Translations under genes and position numbers: made by a program
Shown here: positions 41,390-46,904 of the stretch, one piece after another
Layout: each line of letters opens with the position of its first letter
Position numbering within the stretch: the first letter of the stretch is position 1
Notes under the pieces: model-generated
Told to the model about the DNA's origin: nothing
Database searches by the model: none
The model's input: the letters and a program-made list of their open reading frames with translations, nothing else
Virus record (IMG/VR): IMGVR_UViG_3300037991_001826
Span: 1-46,904 of that record
Source: a virus
Taxonomy: Duplodnaviria > Caudoviricetes
Length of the DNA: 46,904 bases
Reading direction: 5' to 3' (one strand)

Positions 41390-42958
41390 TCAGAAGTCTG
41401 TACTGGGACAGAAAACTGGCTCCGTAGTTTCATTGAATTTACAGGTAGATTTATCGTATTTAAGTGATGCAGCTATGCCTGTCTCCCCTGAGTATCTATT
41501 CTTTAGAACTCTTAGAGTTGAGACGTCAGTGTCTGCTTGTTGGTCACGCTCTAAAGCGACAACGGTATCAGATAACTGACTTATACTTGCTGATCCTCTC
41601 AGCATTCCGATGCTGACTTTCTGGCCATCTTCTATGGCTTTATCTCCTTGTGCTCTACGTAAGTGAGAAACTAGAAATAATTTAATTTTTGTACGTTCAA
41701 CCAGACTTCTTAAATCAGTCATGGTTTTATCTATGGTGCGTCTCTCATCCATACTCCCGTCCATGCCAGACAATAATATGGATAAGTGATCAAGGAAAAC
41801 TACTTTTGTATCTAGACCCAGAGCCATATATTCGATGCGACTGTAGATAGTATCCGAAGATAAGCTACCAAAATGGTCGTATAGATAAAGGTTCCAATTA
41901 GCGATAGTGGAATCGTAGGCATCTTTTAAAGTGGAATAATCATGTTCGCCAAGGTGCAAGGCTTTGCCTACAGCCACAGACATAAGTCCTAAAGCTGTTC
42001 GCCTGTTGGATTCCTCCAATGCGATGTACCCGACTTTCTCTCCCGAGTTGAGTAACTCAGTTGCCAGCTGTCTACAGAAAGTAGATTTGCCTTGACCAGT
42101 TCCAGCTGTGATCGTTGTCAGTTCTCCATAGCGTATGCCATGGGTCATAGATTGCAGTCCTGGAAAGGGATATCGGTGATCACAAGGTGGGCTGGGAGTG
42201 GTTACTTCTTCTAATAAAGACTTACCGTCAACTATGCCGTCGGGCTGATATTCCTTAGCATCCCAGATAGCTCTTCTAATAGCATCTTTGTCGTCCGCTT
42301 GCAGTGCGTCGGATGCATCTTTGTACTGTTCGAGTCTTGCGATCTTGACTTTTCCCAGAGGGAGGATCGATGCCGCTTCCTCGCATGCTTTTCGTCCTGC
42401 ATCATCATTATCAAAAAATAGAACTATTTCCTCATAGCCTTGTAGTAAAGGTATTTGTTTCTGAAGGTCTTTTTTGGCTGCCGCTGCCCCATGTGGTAGC
42501 GAAACCATCGGCCAGTTCTCCATCGCTTCATAACAACTAGCGGCGTCCAGTTCGCCTTCAGTAATGACGATACGCTTACCGCTGTTTGGGAAAAGATGTT
42601 GACCAAATAAGGTATCAGTGGAAACTCCTTCATATTTAAAGTCTTTCTGTTTACTCTTTACTTTGAATCCTTTAAGACATCCAGAGCTGTCGTAATAAGG
42701 GAATCGTAGGTATGCCTCGTCTCTGTATATTTTGTAAAATTGGCATACTTTTTCGCTAATTCGTCGTTTTTGCAGCCTTTGGGCTGATCCTTTGAATTGA
42801 ACATTTGGGTGCATTTTATGTGTGTGAATATCGTCGTCGCCAGCTACGTAAGTCTGGCAAGCAAAGCAGAAGCTGTGACCATCTGAGTAGATGCTGTTAG
42901 CGTCAGATGATCCACAGTTGCTGCAAGGTTCGTGTCTTATAAATTCGCTTTCTGTCAT
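41390..42958 (-). CDS. Primase-helicase (gp4)
   Basis: Zn finger CSNC...CFAC, TOPRIM EGELDA / FDNDDAG, Walker A AGTGQGKS. Confidence 0.96.
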   Translation of the reverse strand: MTESEFIRHEPCSNCGSSDANSIYSDGHSFCFACQTYVAGDDDIHTHKMHPNVQFKGSAQRLQKRRISEKVCQFYKIYRDEAYLRFPYYDSSGCLKGFKVKSKQKDFKYEGVSTDTLFGQHLFPNSGKRIVITEGELDAASCYEAMENWPMVSLPHGAAAAKKDLQKQIPLLQGYEEIVLFFDNDDAGRKACEEAASILPLGKVKIARLEQYKDASDALQADDKDAIRRAIWDAKEYQPDGIVDGKSLLEEVTTPSPPCDHRYPFPGLQSMTHGIRYGELTTITAGTGQGKSTFCRQLATELLNSGEKVGYIALEESNRRTALGLMSVAVGKALHLGEHDYSTLKDAYDSTIANWNLYLYDHFGSLSSDTIYSRIEYMALGLDTKVVFLDHLSILLSGMDGSMDERRTIDKTMTDLRSLVERTKIKLFLVSHLRRAQGDKAIEDGQKVSIGMLRGSASISQLSDTVVALERDQQADTDVSTLRVLKNRYSGETGIAASLKYDKSTCKFNETTEPVFCPSTDF

Positions 42959-43305
42959 GTCAGCCAATCTATGGGTATCGCATGAAAGGCGCACCATTTA
43001 ATTCCATATCTGGTACACCACTTTGCGTAGGTGGTTTTTGATTTCTTTGAAATTTTTTTATAGGGATCTTGAAACACGATCCTCAAATCTATATCCGGAT
43101 TCTCGAGCATTACTTGTTTTATTTTGCGTCGATCTTCGGGTCTCCAATATCCTTTAGTCTCTAGTATTACGCCGTTGGGCAGTACGAAATCTGGTGTATA
43201 AAGGTGCTGAATTGTATATGCCAAACTTACGCTTTCATATTCATAATCAACACCTAGTTCACATAAGAGATCAGAGACTTTCTCCTCTAATCCTGATTTG
43301 AACAT
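42955..43305 (-). CDS. Endonuclease I (gp3)
   Basis: FKSGLE, YTPDF, LETKG. Confidence 0.93.
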   Translation of the reverse strand: MFKSGLEEKVSDLLCELGVDYEYESVSLAYTIQHLYTPDFVLPNGVILETKGYWRPEDRRKIKQVMLENPDIDLRIVFQDPYKKISKKSKTTYAKWCTRYGIKWCAFHAIPIDWLT

Positions 43306-43880
43306 TAGAAATCATCATCCTCGACAGAGCTAGGTGCCAGGTCTGGACTGACGTTTGGGTCTTCTGCCTTAAATCCAGCAGTCTTACCAAACAACTCAGC
43401 TACGCCATCTTCATCTAAGTCACCTGTGTCTACTCCAGCTCCTGCCATTATGGATACAACTTGTATTCCAGATAGCTTGAGTGAGGTGCCATAGGTTACG
43501 CCGTCTCTAAGTATGTATGGCTTCTGATGAAATCCAATCTTAACTTTTGATCCTTCATATACAGGTGTATCTAGATCTTTTATGAGAACGCCTTCAGTAT
43601 CTACAACAGGTGGTTTCTTATCTTCAGCCCATGAAAACTTAACTATGTACTTTCCTTTCTCTACTTCTTCCCATGGTTCGGGACGGCAAGTGGATCTTTT
43701 AGGATTTTTTAGTTTTGACTCTGCCCATTTAAGACAGTCAGCTCTTTCAGTCTCAAGCGCGTCGACTACTTCCTGACCGACAACAGCCTTCAAGGAGTAA
43801 CCAAACTTACTTGGTTTTAATATCGCCTGATAGCCCTCAAGGGTTACAGGATCTTTCGTGATGTGTATTGTTCTTGGCAT
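43305..43880 (-). CDS. ssDNA-binding protein (gp2.5)
   Basis: Acidic C-terminus EDDDF; synteny. Confidence 0.9.
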   Translation of the reverse strand: MPRTIHITKDPVTLEGYQAILKPSKFGYSLKAVVGQEVVDALETERADCLKWAESKLKNPKRSTCRPEPWEEVEKGKYIVKFSWAEDKKPPVVDTEGVLIKDLDTPVYEGSKVKIGFHQKPYILRDGVTYGTSLKLSGIQVVSIMAGAGVDTGDLDEDGVAELFGKTAGFKAEDPNVSPDLAPSSVEDDDF

Positions 43881-46222
43881 TAACAGAAAAAATAAGTGGA
43901 ATCAATTACTTCGGACGGTTCAAGGTCTCCAATAATCGGTGGTTCAGACTCAGCTCCAATAGCTTGGGCAAAGTCACGTAGGTAGTCATGCTCTGCGAAT
44001 AGATGCATGTATGTATTTCTTACAAGAGTGGAGAGATGGGTCATATCAGTTGCCCTACATAGAACGGAATCATGTATCAAAGCAATTGGTGCATGAAACT
44101 GTATGGCACTGAGTGCTAATAGACTCCCATCCATGGAATGAATCAGGTTTGGTGCTGTGGCGTTCCTGTGATGTCGTATGTCGACACCATCTTCACCGTC
44201 AGCTACCTTGATTTGTACTCGACCCAGTAACTTCAGCTCTATCGTTTTACGATTAGATTTCATCAATCGCTGGGTAACTTCAAATCCTGATGGGGTAGTC
44301 CAAGATATCTCTTCAGCTCCCTTTCTTATGGCGTTTGCAACTTCAGTTTCTATCCATCGCATTGCCCTCATAGGCCCTGGCAGCACTAGCTCCATGGCTT
44401 CTCGGACAGCTTTGACCATCTGGGTCAGCTCATCCTTCTCGACCTCGATACCGACATCCTTGAAAGAATCTCTTATGTACTGCCTGTTGCTAAAAGGTTT
44501 AGCATTGTAGGGTATTGTCATAATTGTTCTTTTCACCCGACTCCTATCCCAGTGAGGGCGTAGTCTTTCGGGTATCTGATGTCTGCATTTATCAGCTATA
44601 ACCTGATAGGCATCTTGAGGTTTATCACTAGGTAAAACATTTACTAAAGATGCTGCTGATTTATCACGGCACAATCCAGCAAGTATCTGTATTCCTGAGC
44701 AAGTCGCGTCAGTTGCTACACATAGACCTGTGGTCGTCCTTGATTTGGCAATGACTACAGCGTAGTATTCCTCGCATGCAGCCAAAAATTGCCATGGTTC
44801 GTCAGCAGTTTCCCAGTCTCCAATTGAATTTATTGGATCAGTAGCTACTCTAATAATTCTTTGTATATTCTCCTCTTCTTCTACCCAAGCCAGTCGCTCA
44901 CAAATGGTAGCTTTATCCAGTCCAAACGTAGTGGCTACCTGGAATTTCAGCCATTGCTCACCTTCTTCAGTGATAGGTGCCTCGTCAGCAAATCTAACTA
45001 GGCTCTTCCCGAAGTCAGTGTCCTGACAAGTTAAGAATGAGGGTATGGGATATACTCTTCCCCGATAATCAAACGACATGGGCACGTAGTAGTCGATTCC
45101 TTTGAACTGCTTGACACAGTTCATAGTCATTCTTGTTCTACAACTAGCTCGAAATTCATTTTTATTTTTATTATGAAAAACGGCTTTTTTCTTTCGCCAT
45201 TCCTTTCGTGCTTGCTCATTCGTATCAATATCAAACGGCTTCGGAGGTTCGGGATGATGGATGATTGGTCGGAACTTTCCAACCTCTATTCCTCTCTCCT
45301 CTAGTACCTCTGCAACCTCTACAGTAAAGTCATTTAATCTATATTTAACTTTCTGTATCAGGTTCAAAAATTCATAGATTTTTCTCCCCTGTATAACGTA
45401 GGGTACCCCCCTCCGAACCATCTCATGGCAATTGATTAGCTCGTTTAAATAGTAACCGCCATCTGCAAACTCATGCCAATCTCTAGGAGGAATTAACATC
45501 GGTAAAGATTGAGGAGAAAATAACTCAGTTATTCGTTTAATTTCCTCTGCATGTATTAAGAATGATTCGGTTGGAACTATTATCCAAGTTTGTCTTTTGC
45601 CTTCTATTTTTTTACTTTTATCGAACCAGCCAGAGGATCTACAGAAACAATCAAGGAACCAAGTTCCGATCTGTATCTTATGATTTTGTCCCCATGCTTT
45701 CCATTGCTCGACCTCACTCTTGTTCATCAGGGTCTGCATTGACTTGCGTTTGTAGTCAGTGCCCTTGGCTTGATGCCAGTAATTCTTTTTAAGAACGGCG
45801 AACAATCCTGGCGCAACCCTTTCGTAGTAACGCATCTGGGACTCTGCCTCCAATGCAGTGCCAACAGCTAGAGCTATGTTGGTCAGCTGATCACTCTTTT
45901 TCTTGGGTGAGAATACTTTGTCAAATGTAAGCTTGGCTGTGATTGCAGCCTGTGATTCAGTATCGATGTCAAATATGAAAGGGAGTAGCTCGATAAGATG
46001 TCCAGCTCCTCCCGTTGCAATTTTCTTTCTTTTTTCCTTTTTTTCATTTATTTCTTTAATAAAATATGGCAGCAGTGAGTCAATTGATGACGAGCCAAAA
46101 ACTGTGGCTGATGCATAATCCTTTTCTATCAACTTTTTAGTATCAGATCGAATCTTTTCTAGTCCACCTCGTATTTGCTTTCGCTCGAACTCCTGCTGTC
46201 TTTCCAGATCAGCTGCTTGCAT
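43880..46222 (-). CDS. Single-subunit T7-like RNA polymerase
   Basis: DYRGRVY, DATCSG, KRTIMTIPY, PNLIHSMD, IHDS, YFFC terminus. Confidence 0.98.
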   Translation of the reverse strand: MQAADLERQQEFERKQIRGGLEKIRSDTKKLIEKDYASATVFGSSSIDSLLPYFIKEINEKKEKRKKIATGGAGHLIELLPFIFDIDTESQAAITAKLTFDKVFSPKKKSDQLTNIALAVGTALEAESQMRYYERVAPGLFAVLKKNYWHQAKGTDYKRKSMQTLMNKSEVEQWKAWGQNHKIQIGTWFLDCFCRSSGWFDKSKKIEGKRQTWIIVPTESFLIHAEEIKRITELFSPQSLPMLIPPRDWHEFADGGYYLNELINCHEMVRRGVPYVIQGRKIYEFLNLIQKVKYRLNDFTVEVAEVLEERGIEVGKFRPIIHHPEPPKPFDIDTNEQARKEWRKKKAVFHNKNKNEFRASCRTRMTMNCVKQFKGIDYYVPMSFDYRGRVYPIPSFLTCQDTDFGKSLVRFADEAPITEEGEQWLKFQVATTFGLDKATICERLAWVEEEENIQRIIRVATDPINSIGDWETADEPWQFLAACEEYYAVVIAKSRTTTGLCVATDATCSGIQILAGLCRDKSAASLVNVLPSDKPQDAYQVIADKCRHQIPERLRPHWDRSRVKRTIMTIPYNAKPFSNRQYIRDSFKDVGIEVEKDELTQMVKAVREAMELVLPGPMRAMRWIETEVANAIRKGAEEISWTTPSGFEVTQRLMKSNRKTIELKLLGRVQIKVADGEDGVDIRHHRNATAPNLIHSMDGSLLALSAIQFHAPIALIHDSVLCRATDMTHLSTLVRNTYMHLFAEHDYLRDFAQAIGAESEPPIIGDLEPSEVIDSTYFFC
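45385..45412 (-). repeat. 28-bp repeat copy 2, inside the RNAP gene
   Basis: 27/28 identical to 5554-5581. Confidence 0.75.
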
Positions 46223-46296
46223 TAATGATTGTGATAGGTGTATTTACACGTCCGCTTATTCCATCCGACTGTTGCCTAAGTGGAGGAATAACTATT

Positions 46297-46328
46297 AAGA
46301 AAGGGACTGGGTTTTTAGCCCAATCCCT
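46297..46328 (-). terminator. Terminator-like hairpin between attP and RNAP
   Basis: AGGGATTGGG-CTAAAAA-CCCAGTCCCT followed by TTCTT. Confidence 0.6.
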
Positions 46329-46351
46329 AAATATATGCAATTGTTCCACGT

Positions 46352-46394
46352 ACGCTCCTTAGACGTGCGCGTCTACCAATTCCGCCACGTCCGC
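46352..46394 (-). other. Putative attP core: 5' half of tRNA-Leu (anticodon AAG)
   Basis: GCGGACGTGGCGGAATTGGTAGACGCGCACGTCTAAGGAGCGT gives the acceptor 5' strand, D arm and anticodon arm; no T arm follows. Confidence 0.8.
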
Positions 46395-46904
46395 AAAGGG
46401 TTTTCGAGCATCGGCGGATGTGAAAACCTCATTATTATACGACGTAAGTGGCTGAAATTGGGGGTCTGCCGCCACATCCGCTGATGTGGAATGAACCCTT
46501 GCCATTGCATATCTATCTTCCTCGGTTAAAACTTTTTGCATTTTTTGCAGCTCGCCTGTGTGGTAAGCCTTTGCGAGATTAACCAAGTCTCTGCTCTTCT
46601 GTTTGCCCAACGCTCTGGCATAACGTCTCGTAACTTCAACGGAGCTGTGGCACATGATGTCACATACTCTGTCGATTGGAGTATCGATCATCAACAACGC
46701 ACTACAGAATGTGTGGCGCAGCTGCTTCAATGGATACTGTTTGTCTTGAGGTAATGCATAAGAACGATTCTTGTTAAACCAATAAGCCAGTGTGTCTACG
46801 GTTTCCCAGTCGTCTCCAAAAACTAGAGCATCTTTATGCTTGTTATTGATACGTGGCTCAAGTACTTCATGTAGCTTGGGCATTATTGGTATAGGCACTA
46901 TCTT
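46359..46904 (-). CDS. int: Tyrosine integrase, C-terminal part
   Basis: KQLRHTF (HxxR with H to K), IMCHSS, TRRY catalytic Tyr. Confidence 0.9.
   Translation of the reverse strand, partial: KIVPIPIMPKLHEVLEPRINNKHKDALVFGDDWETVDTLAYWFNKNRSYALPQDKQYPLKQLRHTFCSALLMIDTPIDRVCDIMCHSSVEVTRRYARALGKQKSRDLVNLAKAYHTGELQKMQKVLTEEDRYAMARVHSTSADVAADPQFQPLTSYNNEVFTSADARKPFADVAELVDAHV
46804..46904. repeat. Assembly end overlap (copy 2)
   Basis: Matches 1-101. Confidence 0.95.

Noticed and set aside
1051-46284. TCCACTTAG motif (about 1051, 3294, 4613, 46276) as a T7-like promoter
   Set aside because: Only 9 nt with divergent flanks. Two copies are in coding sequence and two are in hairpins. The 28-bp repeat is a much stronger candidate.
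46352-46394. Complete tRNA-Leu gene
   Set aside because: Similarity stops after the anticodon arm; there is no T arm or 3' acceptor strand.
2601-46754. Plus-strand ORFs in the ORF track
   Set aside because: They are antisense to well-supported genes or structured RNA and show no motifs; the genome is unidirectional.

Overview
This window is a near-complete, circularly permuted genome (about 46.8 kb) of a T7-like cyanopodovirus resembling P-SSP7. The likely host is Prochlorococcus. The two ends overlap by 101 bp with 2 mismatches, inside the integrase gene. Essentially all genes are on the minus strand. The natural order starts near 4.8-5.1 kb. It runs through early genes (GP88-like Cys protein, short C5 methyltransferase, small ORFs, MarR-like wHTH), a tyrosine integrase with a tRNA-Leu-derived attP, RNAP, SSB, endonuclease and primase-helicase. 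Next come a DNA polymerase split by an inserted two-frame C5 methyltransferase, then exonuclease, an nblA-like gene and RNR. The late region holds portal, scaffold, hli, psbA, capsid, tail and internal virion proteins, two fibres plus a Gly-rich adhesin, three 2OG-Fe(II) oxygenases and the terminases. The most notable unannotated signals are: (1) four mini-tRNA-like elements (acceptor-like stem plus T-arm, with fully covarying stems), each placed just before a hairpin and a start codon; (2) a glutamine-II (Downstream-peptide) riboswitch and an 18-aa YRG peptide at the head of the capsid leader; (3) a nested alpha/beta methyltransferase at the exo/pol junction; (4) a 28-bp repeat shared between the inside of the RNAP gene and the end of terL; (5) an attP made of the tRNA 5' half that contains the integrase stop codon. 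All calls come from reading the sequence by eye; no searches or folding programs were run.
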